The translations under genes were made by a program, and so were the position numbers. Source: Peptococcaceae bacterium UBA7702 (GTDB lineage Bacteria; Bacillota; Dehalobacteriia; UBA7702). Taken from it: 64,000 nucleotides of DNA. Position 1 is the first letter of the stretch, and each line of letters starts with the position of its first letter. The stretch covers positions 2,600 through 66,599 of the forward strand of contig DLGE01000011.1 in the NCBI GenBank assembly GCA_002482535.1, in the 5' to 3' direction. Below the pieces are notes generated by a model. That model was not told the DNA's origin. It did no database searches and saw only the letters and a list, made by a program, of their open reading frames with translations. Below, piece after piece: positions 32,347 through 42,128 of this stretch.

Positions 32347-33264
32347 ATGATATACGACGTAATTATAATCGGCGGCGGTCCCAGCGGACTCACCGCAGCG
32401 CTATACGGCGCAAGAGCCGGTCTCTCGGTGCTGGTTTTAGAACGGTTTTTTGTCGGCGGACAAATGACTCAAATTTATGAAATTTTTAACTACCCCGGCT
32501 TTCCCGAAGGGATCAACGGCATGGATTTGGCTGTTCTTTTTGAACAGCAGGCAAAAAAATGGGGCGCCGAAATCAAACAGGAAGAAGTGACCTCTGTCAA
32601 TAAACGAAACCAACTATGGCAGCTTTCCACCAAAAATAATGAATATACGGCAAGAACGGTGGTGGCCGCCACCGGCGCTTATCCCCGACATCTCGGCGTC
32701 AAAGGCGAAGCGCAGCTTAGGGGGAAGGGCGTATCCTATTGCGGTACCTGTGACGGCCCTCTTTACCGCGATGGCACGGTGGCCGTGATCGGCGGCGGCA
32801 ATACAGCGCTGCAAGACGCCGATTTTCTCACCCGCTACGTAAAAAAGATCTACCTGATCCACCGCCGCGATGAATTCCGGGCCCAAAAAGTCCTGGTAGA
32901 TCAACTTAAAAAAAGCGATAAAGTAGAGTATTACTTAAACTGCGAAGTCACGGAAATTCTCGGCGCCGATGCCGTAAACGCCGTCAACATCAGTCATAGC
33001 GATACGGGAACAACGGAGACACTTGCGGTGAACGGCGTCTTCATCTTCATCGGCGACAATCCCAACAGCGGTTTCTGTAAGGATCTCATCAAAACCGATC
33101 CCCAGGGACGCGTCTTTACCGACAGTCACTACATGACCAGCGAACCAGGATTTTTCGCCATCGGTGACGTCCGGGACAGAGAAGTGTACCAAGTGGCCAC
33201 CGCCGTGGGGGACGGCGCCGACGTCATTCATTGGGTACAAAAATACCTGAAAGAAAACGAATAA
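32347..33264 (+). CDS. trxB: thioredoxin-disulfide reductase
   Basis: The product has the FAD motif IIGGGPSG, a redox CGTC(D) motif and the NADPH motif VIGGGNTA. The likely ATG is at 32347, with a GAGGGG RBS at 7-nt spacing. Confidence 0.8.
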   Translation: MIYDVIIIGGGPSGLTAALYGARAGLSVLVLERFFVGGQMTQIYEIFNYPGFPEGINGMDLAVLFEQQAKKWGAEIKQEEVTSVNKRNQLWQLSTKNNEYTARTVVAATGAYPRHLGVKGEAQLRGKGVSYCGTCDGPLYRDGTVAVIGGGNTALQDADFLTRYVKKIYLIHRRDEFRAQKVLVDQLKKSDKVEYYLNCEVTEILGADAVNAVNISHSDTGTTETLAVNGVFIFIGDNPNSGFCKDLIKTDPQGRVFTDSHYMTSEPGFFAIGDVRDREVYQVATAVGDGADVIHWVQKYLKENE

Positions 33265-33274
33265 AGATCGGATA

Positions 33275-33504
33275 AAGGGGCTGTCTTTTTAAGACAGCCC
33301 CTCAGACTGTAGACAAAATACGCGCAAGCGGATTTTGGGCTACAGGATGACAGGCTGTCGAGAAAGGCTTAGACGCGGTGAACACTTTGGCCTGCGGCTG
33401 CGCCGTGTACATAGAGGTACATAAGCTGTCGTGGGCCAAAGGGTTCGCCGTGTATCAGACTTTGTCGACGGCCTGAGGGGCTGTCTTATTAAGACAGCCC
33501 CTTA
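33275..33504. mobile_element. copy B of the 172-bp repeated intergenic element. The core runs 33304-33475. It is flanked by duplicated copies of a different local hairpin, ggggctgtct(t/a)ttaagacagcccc.
   Basis: The core is about 90% identical to copy A and the same length. The flanking hairpin differs from copy A's but is again duplicated on both sides. Confidence 0.55.
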
Positions 33505-33596
33505 TTTTGTTTCAGAAGCTGCCGCGAAAGCGGCGGCTTCTTTTTTGCTGCCTTTTCGCATATGAATGGACTATCTGAAGATGCGGAGTGCGGTCT

Positions 33597-34586
33597 ATGG
33601 AAGAAATGCTTTTTTACGGCTGGGGCATTGAGCCGGAAAAGATCGTTACAGTACAAGACAATGTATGGTGTGTTGAAGACGGTCTGGAAAAGTTCGCCTT
33701 CAAACGCAGCTTGCTCAAGGAAAAGAACCTCCGATTTGTTTGCGCTGCCGAGGACAGCCTTTTGCGCCACGGCTTTTTTGATTACGCTTTGTTGCTGCCA
33801 CCAAAAAACGGCCAGCTCTACTACGGCGATAAGGGTCAGTTTTATACGCTGCACCGCTGGATCGACGGGGAAAAGTGCGATTTCGATCATATCGGCCATT
33901 TATATACTGCCGCCCAAACCCTCTTTTCCTTTCATCTGCGCAGCCGGGAAAAATCCCTAAAAGATCTTGATTCCACCCGCTATGTCTGCTTTGACCGCTA
34001 TCAACAGCTGGCGGAGCGCGGCAGCGAATTGCAGCATTTTTATGAAATTGCCTCTTTCTCCCCGCAAACCTACTTTACCAAACTGTATCGGACATACTAC
34101 GGCGGTTTTTTAGAGAAAACACGCCGGGCCCAAAAAGAGCTGCTCTGCTCGGAATATCCCCGTCTGGCGAGGGAGGCTGCGGCTGTCGGCGCTTTCATCC
34201 ACTACGATGTAGCGGCACGGAACTTCCTCATTGAAAACAATAAAGCAATGCTCATCGATTTCGACTATTGCTGCTGCGATCTGCCCCTCACCGACTTGGT
34301 GCGCCTCACCAAGCGATCCTTAAAGAGCGGCGCCCGCTGCGAAGAGAAAATTAACGCGATTTTAAACGGCTATCAGCAGTATCGCCGCCTGACCAAGGAA
34401 GAAGGCAAAGTCCTCTACGCTTTACTGCTGTTTCCGCAAAAATACTGGCGTATCTCCCACCGCTATTTTTACGAACAAAAAGCCAACGAGGAGGAATACT
34501 ATATCAAGAAAATGGAAAACGCCGTCAAAGAATTGGAAAAAGAGGACCACTGGCTTGATCTGCTAAAAAAGAGATTGGAGGAATGA
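33597..34586 (+). CDS. cotS: CotS-family spore coat protein, a kinase-like protein with an aminoglycoside-phosphotransferase fold
   Basis: The product has the CotS/YtaA-like length and motifs HYDVAARNFLI and LIDFDYC. It is followed immediately by a GT4 glycosyltransferase, a cotS/cotSA-like pairing. Confidence 0.65.
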   Translation: MEEMLFYGWGIEPEKIVTVQDNVWCVEDGLEKFAFKRSLLKEKNLRFVCAAEDSLLRHGFFDYALLLPPKNGQLYYGDKGQFYTLHRWIDGEKCDFDHIGHLYTAAQTLFSFHLRSREKSLKDLDSTRYVCFDRYQQLAERGSELQHFYEIASFSPQTYFTKLYRTYYGGFLEKTRRAQKELLCSEYPRLAREAAAVGAFIHYDVAARNFLIENNKAMLIDFDYCCCDLPLTDLVRLTKRSLKSGARCEEKINAILNGYQQYRRLTKEEGKVLYALLLFPQKYWRISHRYFYEQKANEEEYYIKKMENAVKELEKEDHWLDLLKKRLEE

Positions 34587-34590
34587 CCCG

Positions 34591-35724
34591 TTGACAAAAG
34601 GCAACATCGGCATTGACGGCCGCGGCGCGCTGTTTTACAGAGGTACCGGTATCGGCACGTATACCTGGCAATTGATCTCCCATCTGGAGGCGGTTACCAA
34701 AAACCTCCGTGTCTTCCTGCCGGGAGAAGAATATAACGATTTTTCTTTCCGGGAGTCGGACGCTTTGAACTACACGGAATTCAACGGCGATATGTGGCGG
34801 GAAATCTTTCTTCCCAAAGCCCTGCCCAAAGAAAGCATCGCCCTCTATCACGTGCCCCAAAACGGCATCGGTCTGCCGGAAAAGAAGTGCTCCCTGGAAA
34901 CGGTAACGATCCACGACCTGATACCCTATACCTTTCCGGAAACAGTGGGCAAGGGCTATTTAAAGGAATTCCTGAAAGAGATGCCCAAGATCATGGAGCG
35001 GAGCGACGGCATCATCACGGTTTCCCAATGGTCAAAAAAAGATATCATCAAAGTATTCGGCTACCCGGAAGCAAAAATTCAGGTTATTTATGAAGCCCCA
35101 GAACCGATTTACCAACCGTTGCCGAAAACCCGGGCGGCGGCTTTTCTCAAAGAAACTTACCACATCACGGGAGACTATATCCTCTACGTCGGCGGCTTCG
35201 GCATCCGCAAAAATGTGAAAGCCTTGATCAATGCCGTATACCTATTAAAAAAAGAAGCGCCTTTCCCCTTCCGCCTCGTTTTACCAGGAAAGCGCAACCG
35301 GGATTTTGATCAGTTGGACGCCTTAACCGAATCTCTGGGTCTCACCGACGACGTTATTTTTCCCGATTACGTTCCCGTTTCCGATTTACCTTATTTTTAC
35401 AGCGGCGCCACGGCGATGGTCTATCCCAGTTTATACGAGGGCTTTGGTTTGCCGCCATTGGAAGCCATGGCTTCGGGCACCCCTGTTTTGTCTTCTCGGG
35501 CCACTTCCCTGCCGGAAGTATTGGGCGACGCCGTCCTCTATTTCGACGCTTATAACAGTCTGGAACTGGCGGAACAGCTTCACCGTCTGGTTTCCTCAAG
35601 GTCTTTAAGGAAAATGCTGGTGCAAAAAGGCTTGCAAAAAGCCGCCGGCTATCGCTGGGAGAAAACAGCCGGGGAAACCTTGGCCTTTTTCGATCAGATA
35701 CAGGAAAGGGAGACGCCGCAATGA
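34591..35724 (+). CDS. glycosyltransferase family 4 (CotSA-like)
   Basis: The GT4 C-terminal motif EGFGLPPLEAMASGTPV is present. The start is TTG, 4 nt after the cotS stop, with a GGAGG RBS. Confidence 0.75.
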   Translation: MTKGNIGIDGRGALFYRGTGIGTYTWQLISHLEAVTKNLRVFLPGEEYNDFSFRESDALNYTEFNGDMWREIFLPKALPKESIALYHVPQNGIGLPEKKCSLETVTIHDLIPYTFPETVGKGYLKEFLKEMPKIMERSDGIITVSQWSKKDIIKVFGYPEAKIQVIYEAPEPIYQPLPKTRAAAFLKETYHITGDYILYVGGFGIRKNVKALINAVYLLKKEAPFPFRLVLPGKRNRDFDQLDALTESLGLTDDVIFPDYVPVSDLPYFYSGATAMVYPSLYEGFGLPPLEAMASGTPVLSSRATSLPEVLGDAVLYFDAYNSLELAEQLHRLVSSRSLRKMLVQKGLQKAAGYRWEKTAGETLAFFDQIQERETPQ

Positions 35725-35772
35725 GCGTGGCAGGCGAATCACGGAGATACCCCATCAAAGACAAAAATCGGC

Positions 35773-35810
35773 CGAAATCACAATGATTTCAGCCGATTTT
35801 TCCCTTTGCA
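35773..35810. terminator. bidirectional terminator between cotSA-like and the histidine kinase
   Basis: A perfect atcggctgaaatcattgtgatttcggccgat hairpin is flanked by an A-run and a T-run. Confidence 0.6.
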
Positions 35811-35854
35811 AAGCGGTTTCACCAGAACAATCCTGTTACAGATCCCCCCCATCA

Positions 35855-37750
35855 CTATGCTTTCTCAAAAACAATAACGACTTTGAACAGATCGCCATCC
35901 ACATATAAATCAAACCGTCCTTTTTGCAGTTCCGTCAAGCTTTTGGCAATGGACAGGCCCAAACCGCTGCCCTCGGTGGTACGGGCGCTGTCCCCCCGGA
36001 CGAACCGCTCCATCAAATCGTCGGCGGTAATATTCAAAGGCGTGGCGGAAATGTTTTTCAAGGTGATGACCACGGTTTCCCCGCCTGTCTTCACATTGAA
36101 GTAAACCCTCGTATGGGGCAGCGAATATTTACAGATATTGTTTAAGAGATTGTCGAAGACGCGCCACATCAGGCGACCGTCGGCAAAGATCCTGGCTTCT
36201 CCCGCCACGCTGACCACAGGTTGCAGTTGCTGCTTCTGAAGCGCCTCATCGTATTCAGCCAACAGCTGATTCAAAAATTCCGCGACATCAACGCCTTCGG
36301 GCTGAAAGGCGATGTTGCCGGTGGCGGCCTTGGAGGCCTCCACCAAATCCTCGGTAAGCTTCTTCAACCTCGTTGATTGACGGTCCAAAACGTCGATGTA
36401 TTCTTTGGCGGTGTCATTTTCCATTTCTTCCTTTTTCAGCAGGTCAACATAGTTGATGATGGAAGTCAGAGGCGTTTTGATATCATGGGAAACATTGGTG
36501 ATCAGCTCCGCTTTGAGGCGCTCGCTTTTCAAGCGCTCTTCCACAGCCAGGGACATACCGCCGCCGATGTCATTTAAGGTTTCCGCATATTTTTTGATTT
36601 CCCAACGCAGGCGGCTCGTATCAATTTTCGTTTCAAAATCTCCCCCGGCGATGCGCTCCCCGCCCTTTTTCAACTGGTTTAACTGCAACACGAAGAAGCA
36701 CAAGCCAAAAAGAACGGCAAGATTGAAAGCGAAACAGAGCATGGCAAAAAACCCATTGTAAACTGCCTGTGTGACGCAGATCAGATTGAAAAAGAAGTAT
36801 GCGCAAAAACCCAGCACAGTCTTCCACAATAGCGGAATGCTGCCGAAAATGGTGCCTGCGCCCTTTTTCAAAGCGTGGCCCACTTTATAAATCAGCGTAT
36901 TCTGCCACCATTGACCGGCTTTGACCCGGGCGGCAAAGGTCATAGAGAAGAGGAGAAGCATCAGGGCACAAATCAGCAAAGCCCCGATGATATAGATCAC
37001 TTCTCCGAAAAAGCCGACATTATTCCAGAATACACTTAACGGAGACACCCCCACCATGGCAAGGAGGAACAAGCCGCAAACCAAAAAGTCCAGGGGGATC
37101 CTGTCGAACAGATTCAGGGAAATGCCGTCCACATTTTTACGATGACCCGCGGCGGTCAACAAAAAGAGGAAGAGCAGAACCGTAAGGAGAACCGCCGTTA
37201 CCGCAATGGCAATCACGGTATAGCGCAGGGAATCAAGAAGTGTCAAAAAATGGTATGACTCATAGTAATCGTCGTCGGCGGTGATGGGGTCTTTGACGTA
37301 AGCGGTTACCGTATAGTCGGTGCTGTCATCAAGCAAATCACCGTTTTCATCATAGAGATCATCAAAGGTATAAACCTCTTTGGCGCCAAAGGCTTCATCA
37401 GCAAAGTTCGTCAGTACGGTATGGCCTTCTTCATCGGTAACGGTAAAGAAGAAATTCGTATTTTCTTTGCTGAAAGCCGCCGCGTACTGTTCTAAACGGA
37501 AGGTTTCTTCCGTGGTAGGCTTCTCCGCCAAGGCCAAGGGCAGGTAATTATAGTAAACATCGCTGGCATAGCTCCAAGTCACACGGGCACAAGCATTGCT
37601 GTCGTAATAGGAATAGTCCTGCCGGTCGTAGACGCCCTCATCCGCCATGTAGAAAATGGCGGCAACACCGCCGAGAGAGGCGGTAGCACACAACAAAAAT
37701 AAAACCGTCGCGACAATTTTCACACCTAAGTTGGCACTCAGTTTTTTCAT
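35855..37750 (-). CDS. sensor histidine kinase (two TM, large extracellular domain, HAMP, HisKA, HATPase)
   Basis: The product has an H-box HDIKTPLTSI and downstream N, G1 and G2 boxes. It overlaps the upstream response regulator by 4 nt. Confidence 0.85.
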   Translation of the reverse strand: MKKLSANLGVKIVATVLFLLCATASLGGVAAIFYMADEGVYDRQDYSYYDSNACARVTWSYASDVYYNYLPLALAEKPTTEETFRLEQYAAAFSKENTNFFFTVTDEEGHTVLTNFADEAFGAKEVYTFDDLYDENGDLLDDSTDYTVTAYVKDPITADDDYYESYHFLTLLDSLRYTVIAIAVTAVLLTVLLFLFLLTAAGHRKNVDGISLNLFDRIPLDFLVCGLFLLAMVGVSPLSVFWNNVGFFGEVIYIIGALLICALMLLLFSMTFAARVKAGQWWQNTLIYKVGHALKKGAGTIFGSIPLLWKTVLGFCAYFFFNLICVTQAVYNGFFAMLCFAFNLAVLFGLCFFVLQLNQLKKGGERIAGGDFETKIDTSRLRWEIKKYAETLNDIGGGMSLAVEERLKSERLKAELITNVSHDIKTPLTSIINYVDLLKKEEMENDTAKEYIDVLDRQSTRLKKLTEDLVEASKAATGNIAFQPEGVDVAEFLNQLLAEYDEALQKQQLQPVVSVAGEARIFADGRLMWRVFDNLLNNICKYSLPHTRVYFNVKTGGETVVITLKNISATPLNITADDLMERFVRGDSARTTEGSGLGLSIAKSLTELQKGRFDLYVDGDLFKVVIVFEKA

Positions 37751-38445
37751 TCTTTTTCACCCCGTTCCATTTTATACCCCTGTCCCCAAACCACCTTCAG
37801 ATAACGGGGTTCGGCGGGGTTCAGTTCCAATTTCTCTCTGAGGTGGCGTATATGAACGGCGACGGTGGCTTCGCCGCCATAGGCGCTGTCTCCCCAAACC
37901 TCTTCGTAAATTTCGCCGGAAGAAAACACTTTGCCGGGGTTTTTTAGCAACAGTTTCAGAATATCGTATTCCGTGGGCGTCAGGGAAACCGCCTCGCCGT
38001 CTAAAGTCACTTTCTTTTCCCGGTCAAACAGTTCAATGCCGCCGCAATAAAGGCGGTTCTCCGACTTCACCCTGCCCCCCAAATGGTTATAGCGCCTTAA
38101 CTGGGCCTTGACCCTGGCGATCAGTTCCACGGGATTGAAAGGCTTGGTGATATAATCGTCAGCGCCGATGTTGAGTCCCAGGATCTTATCGGTATCTTCA
38201 CTTTTCGCCGTCAACAGGATCACCGGGATGTTGCGGTCTTGCCGCAGTTTCACCGTGGCGGCAATGCCGTCCATTTCCGGCATCATGATATCCATGAGCA
38301 CCAGTTCAATATCGTGTTTGCCGATAATTTCCAAGGCTTCTCTGCCGTTGGCGGCAGTGTAGGTCTCAAAGCCTTCCGCCGAAAGATAGATGTTCAGCGC
38401 GGACACAATATCCGCTTCGTCGTCGCAAATTAAAATATGGTTCAT
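37747..38445 (-). CDS. OmpR-family DNA-binding response regulator
   Basis: There is a receiver domain with a conserved phospho-Asp (LMDIMMP) and a C-terminal winged-helix domain. Confidence 0.85.
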   Translation of the reverse strand: MNHILICDDEADIVSALNIYLSAEGFETYTAANGREALEIIGKHDIELVLMDIMMPEMDGIAATVKLRQDRNIPVILLTAKSEDTDKILGLNIGADDYITKPFNPVELIARVKAQLRRYNHLGGRVKSENRLYCGGIELFDREKKVTLDGEAVSLTPTEYDILKLLLKNPGKVFSSGEIYEEVWGDSAYGGEATVAVHIRHLREKLELNPAEPRYLKVVWGQGYKMERGEKE

Positions 38446-38526
38446 TTCGTCACCTTCCGCGTTTATTGTAACAAATCATTTCTTAAAATAAAAGCGGCCA
38501 ACCATTTAAGAATTGTTTAAGATGTC

Positions 38527-38554
38527 TTGCAAAATAAAAAAAAGCTACTATAAT
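38527..38554 (+). promoter_or_regulatory. sigma-A-type promoter candidate, TTGCAA-N16-TATAAT
   Basis: It lies upstream of the small ORF at 38589. Confidence 0.45.
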
Positions 38555-38588
38555 AAATGTAAGGGAACATTTTCCCTGGAAGGAGGGC

Positions 38589-38750
38589 ATGATGGATATG
38601 ATGAATTTGATCAATATCGACACCTTTCAGACCCTGGCCGCAGCGGGCAACGGGATATTCCTTTTGATCACGGTTTTTGGTTTCGCCGCTGTTATCGCCC
38701 TGATCGCGCGACAATTATTACAATTGGTAAAAAGGAAGAAAAAGGTTTAA
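38589..38750 (+). CDS. 53-aa hydrophobic small protein (predicted single-TM peptide)
   Basis: The ATG is preceded by GGAAGGAGGG at good spacing. The product is MMDMMNLINIDTFQTLAAAGNGIFLLITVFGFAAVIALIARQLLQLVKRKKKV. It is below the 60-aa cutoff of the ORF track. Confidence 0.5.
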   Translation: MMDMMNLINIDTFQTLAAAGNGIFLLITVFGFAAVIALIARQLLQLVKRKKKV

Positions 38751-38834
38751 AGCATACCAGGGATGCCAATAGTTCTAAAGTACAAAAGAAGCACCGGAAA
38801 CCGCGTTACAGCGCTGACCGGTGCTTCTCTAATC

Positions 38835-39542
38835 TCAGCAATCAATATTTGCTTTTTTAGCTTGGGCGGATAAGAGGTCTTTCTTTAAGGTGTACATTTT
38901 GCCGTCTTTCATAAAATGGGTGCCGCATTGACGAAACTGAAAGGCCACGCCTTTTTTGATGCACTGCTCTCTGATCGACAGCACCCAGTCGTAATTTAGG
39001 GGCCGGGCATAGCGGTCGGACTCACCGCCCACCACCACCAGTTCCACGCCGTCAAGATAATCGGCAAGATCGATTGCTCCGATGAGGGGCTGACAGATGA
39101 TATTCCTATGCTTGAGGGGTAATGCTGCAAAAATAGAAAGCCGCTGGTCAGCTCTTTTTTGGTTTTCCACGGTACAGCCCACAGTGACGTTGTCGTAGCC
39201 CTCTCCCCAGTCCTCGGGAAGACAGTCCTTCAAACGCTGGATCCGCTTGGTCAGAAAAAGAAAGTGTAAATCGGAGCGTTCCTTGATCATCTCCCAACAC
39301 GCTTTGCGCCAGGGATCACCTTCCTCAATCAAAAAATCCCCGGAAAAACAGAGATAGACCGTTTGCCCCGGTTTCATTTTGTATTCACCCTTTTGATTTT
39401 TTGCCACTGGAGCGCAAAAGCCGTTGGTTTTCACGATGCGGTCGGTGTCCACTTTCCGCTTGGCGTCGCCTTTATGAATATAACAATACTTACAGCCTTC
39501 GCTGCAACGGTGACACCCCCGCCAAGGATTCCACATAGCCAT
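38835..39542 (-). CDS. DUF5131 (phage Gp37/Gp68 family) protein
   Basis: The N-terminus is MAMWNPWRGCHRCSEGCKYCY, matching the WNPxxGCxxxSxGCxxCY family signature. Confidence 0.7.
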   Translation of the reverse strand: MAMWNPWRGCHRCSEGCKYCYIHKGDAKRKVDTDRIVKTNGFCAPVAKNQKGEYKMKPGQTVYLCFSGDFLIEEGDPWRKACWEMIKERSDLHFLFLTKRIQRLKDCLPEDWGEGYDNVTVGCTVENQKRADQRLSIFAALPLKHRNIICQPLIGAIDLADYLDGVELVVVGGESDRYARPLNYDWVLSIREQCIKKGVAFQFRQCGTHFMKDGKMYTLKKDLLSAQAKKANIDC

Positions 39543-39784
39543 ACTTTCACCCGCTTTATGATGATGACCACCATTATATCACAGTTTCCTTTATCATAAA
39601 AGGGTACGGAAACCGGTACTGGACGCGGCGGATCATTCCTCGAAAAGCGAAGTTGTCCAGATGCCTTACAAACTGATGACACGGTAACGAAATCTGGAAA
39701 ATCCGCATACATAACCAAAACCAGTCTTTGATGACATCGCGGCAGATTCAGACCCGTAATCCCTCTCGCGTGGCAGTTATGACT

Positions 39785-40552
39785 TTACAAGTTTTTCCGG
39801 TTTTTCACGCCTTCTTTTATTTGAAAAAAATCGAAGGTTCCGTTACTAAAATCTTCACGGATCTTTTCTGCCGTTCCAATAGAGGTGATCTCACCGGCAT
39901 TCATGACAATGATACGATCCCCAAGTTTGGTCGCCTCCCTTAAATCATGGGTGATAAAAACAATGGTCAAACCAAGCTCCTGATGAATCCGTAGTATCTC
40001 ATCCTGTAGTTTATTGCGGGTGATCTCATCGAGGGCGCCGAAAGGCTCATCCATCAATAAAATTTCAGGAGAGGCAGCCAATGCCCTTGCTACACCGATA
40101 CGCTGTTTTTGCCCTCCGGAAAGCTCATGGGGATAACGTTTTAGTATACTTTCGTCTAAACCAACCATTGTGATCAGATCTTTCGCAATCGCATCCGCCT
40201 CTTTTTTGTCATATTTCAAAATATTCGGAATAAACGTAATATTTTTTCTGATACTCAGATGCGGAAAAAGGCCAATACTTTGAATCACGTAACCAATCTT
40301 GCGGCGCAACGCAATCTGATCGATCTCTGCGATATGAACGCCATTGATGAATACTTGACCGTTGCTTGGTTCGATCAAACCGTTCATCAATTTCAGCATG
40401 GTTGTTTTACCACAACCGGAACTGCCGATGACAGTAATAAATTCGCCTTTATGGATCTCCATCGATACATCTTTCAATGCCGCATATTCATCATATTGCT
40501 TGCAAACATGTCGAAAGTCAATCACGGTTTCGGTGCCGTTATGATCCGTCAT
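39785..40552 (-). CDS. ABC transporter ATP-binding protein, OpuCA/ProV-like, with no CBS domains
   Basis: Walker A GSSGCGKTT, the signature LSGGQKQR and a Walker B are present. Confidence 0.85.
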   Translation of the reverse strand: MTDHNGTETVIDFRHVCKQYDEYAALKDVSMEIHKGEFITVIGSSGCGKTTMLKLMNGLIEPSNGQVFINGVHIAEIDQIALRRKIGYVIQSIGLFPHLSIRKNITFIPNILKYDKKEADAIAKDLITMVGLDESILKRYPHELSGGQKQRIGVARALAASPEILLMDEPFGALDEITRNKLQDEILRIHQELGLTIVFITHDLREATKLGDRIIVMNAGEITSIGTAEKIREDFSNGTFDFFQIKEGVKNRKNL

Positions 40553-41460
40553 TGGTCAATCAATCCTTTTCTCTGTAAAAATGCAGTAGCAACATCTTTT
40601 GGGTCTTCTCCGTTGATATCGACTGCCGCATTCATTTCCCTCATTTCTTCGCTGGAAACCACTCCATTTAATTTATTCAGTACTTCAACCAGTTCCGGGT
40701 GAGCTTCGGCAATTTCGTTTCGAATGATCGTGCCGCACATTGCCGGTGGGAAATAGCCCTTATCATCTTCCAGAATAACAATCTCCGGATAGTTAAGACG
40801 GCCGTCTGTTTTGTAAACAGTGATGGCATCAACCTGTCCGTCAAGAAGCGCGTCATATTTCAAACTAAGATTCATTTCCTTTTTCTCTTTGAAGTTAAAA
40901 TGATACATCGATTGCAGACCGTCATAACCGTCTTCTCTTTCATAAAATTCATACCCGGCGCCAAAAATCATTTTGTCACTGACAGCCACCAAATCCGAAA
41001 GGGTTTTCAAACCGTATGCTTTCGCAGTTTCCGTACGAACAGCGATTTCATAACCGTTATCAAAGCCGTAGTAACCCAGCCATGTCATATCATACAAATC
41101 ATTATAAGCTTCATTCAAATCAATGTGCATTTGCTCAACATCGGTAATGGCGCCTTCTTTCAACACCGTCAGCCAGGCAGTGCTATCATACTCGGCATAA
41201 AAATCAAAATCCCCTTTTTCCATTGCCGGCATAATAATTGTTGTTTCCCCTGTAATCCCCGAAGTCAGATTAACCTCAAGATCCGTATTTTCGCTGACAA
41301 GAGCCGCTAACATTTCCCCAATGATATACTGTTCCGTAAAATCCTTTGCCGCAATATTCACTGTTGTACCGCTGTCCCCGCCACCACCGCAACCAACAAA
41401 AGGACAGAGGAACACGACCGCCATCAGCACGCACATAAATCTTATAAAAAAAATTTTCAT
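40549..41460 (-). CDS. quaternary-amine (glycine betaine/choline/carnitine-type) substrate-binding lipoprotein, OpuCC-like
   Basis: The product has a lipoprotein signal with a Cys-Gly-Gly-Gly lipobox region, and fits the OpuAC/OpuCC family. Confidence 0.75.
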   Translation of the reverse strand: MKIFFIRFMCVLMAVVFLCPFVGCGGGGDSGTTVNIAAKDFTEQYIIGEMLAALVSENTDLEVNLTSGITGETTIIMPAMEKGDFDFYAEYDSTAWLTVLKEGAITDVEQMHIDLNEAYNDLYDMTWLGYYGFDNGYEIAVRTETAKAYGLKTLSDLVAVSDKMIFGAGYEFYEREDGYDGLQSMYHFNFKEKKEMNLSLKYDALLDGQVDAITVYKTDGRLNYPEIVILEDDKGYFPPAMCGTIIRNEIAEAHPELVEVLNKLNGVVSSEEMREMNAAVDINGEDPKDVATAFLQRKGLIDQ

Positions 41461-41486
41461 GACAACTTTCCTTTATAAATTTTAAT

Positions 41487-42128
41487 TTACAGTTTTCTTT
41501 TTCTCTTTATATGTTTTTCAAATGCACCGATTAGCGCATCTAAAAACAAGGCCAATAAAGCAATGAGTAAACTGGCCGCCACCGTCATGGCCATATTGTT
41601 TGTGGTGATCCCCCTGTAAATTGCAGTACCAAGGCCACCGGCGCCGATATAAGAAGCAATACCGGCCAAAGCAATTGTCATAACAACCATATTGCGGAAA
41701 CCCGCAAGAATAACGATCAGCGCCAAAGGAAGTTTCACTTTATAAATCAACTGAAAACGTGTACAACCCATACCCTTTGCAGCTTCAATGATATCGGGAT
41801 CAATCGTATCAATCCCTGTAAACGTATTTCGTATCATGGGCAGCAAACCATATACCGTCAGGGCAATCACCGCGGTTGTATTCCCGATACCGGAAAGCGG
41901 CAGTAAAAAACCGAGCAATGAAATGGAAGGGATCGTGTAGATCACATTGCAAAAACCTAAAACAAATTTTGAGGTATTTTTATATTCCGCAATCATGACA
42001 CCCAACAAAAGCCCGACCATCGTCGCGATCACAATGGCAATACCGGATATATACAAATGTTGGATCGTCAACGCAGAAAACCAATCAAAACGATCATAGA
42101 AAATCTGAATCAAAGCCTTCATCGTCAT
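41487..42128 (-). CDS. ABC transporter permease, OpuCB/CD-like
   Basis: The product is a 5-TM BPD_transp_1-type permease. I chose the start MTMKAL, which has an AAGAGGG RBS. Confidence 0.8.
   Translation of the reverse strand: MTMKALIQIFYDRFDWFSALTIQHLYISGIAIVIATMVGLLLGVMIAEYKNTSKFVLGFCNVIYTIPSISLLGFLLPLSGIGNTTAVIALTVYGLLPMIRNTFTGIDTIDPDIIEAAKGMGCTRFQLIYKVKLPLALIVILAGFRNMVVMTIALAGIASYIGAGGLGTAIYRGITTNNMAMTVAASLLIALLALFLDALIGAFEKHIKRKRKL

Noticed and set aside
32166-32393. 75-aa minus-strand ORF in the trxB leader region
   Set aside because: It overlaps the trxB promoter and 5' UTR on the opposite strand. It has no RBS and is Pro/Ile-rich low-complexity.
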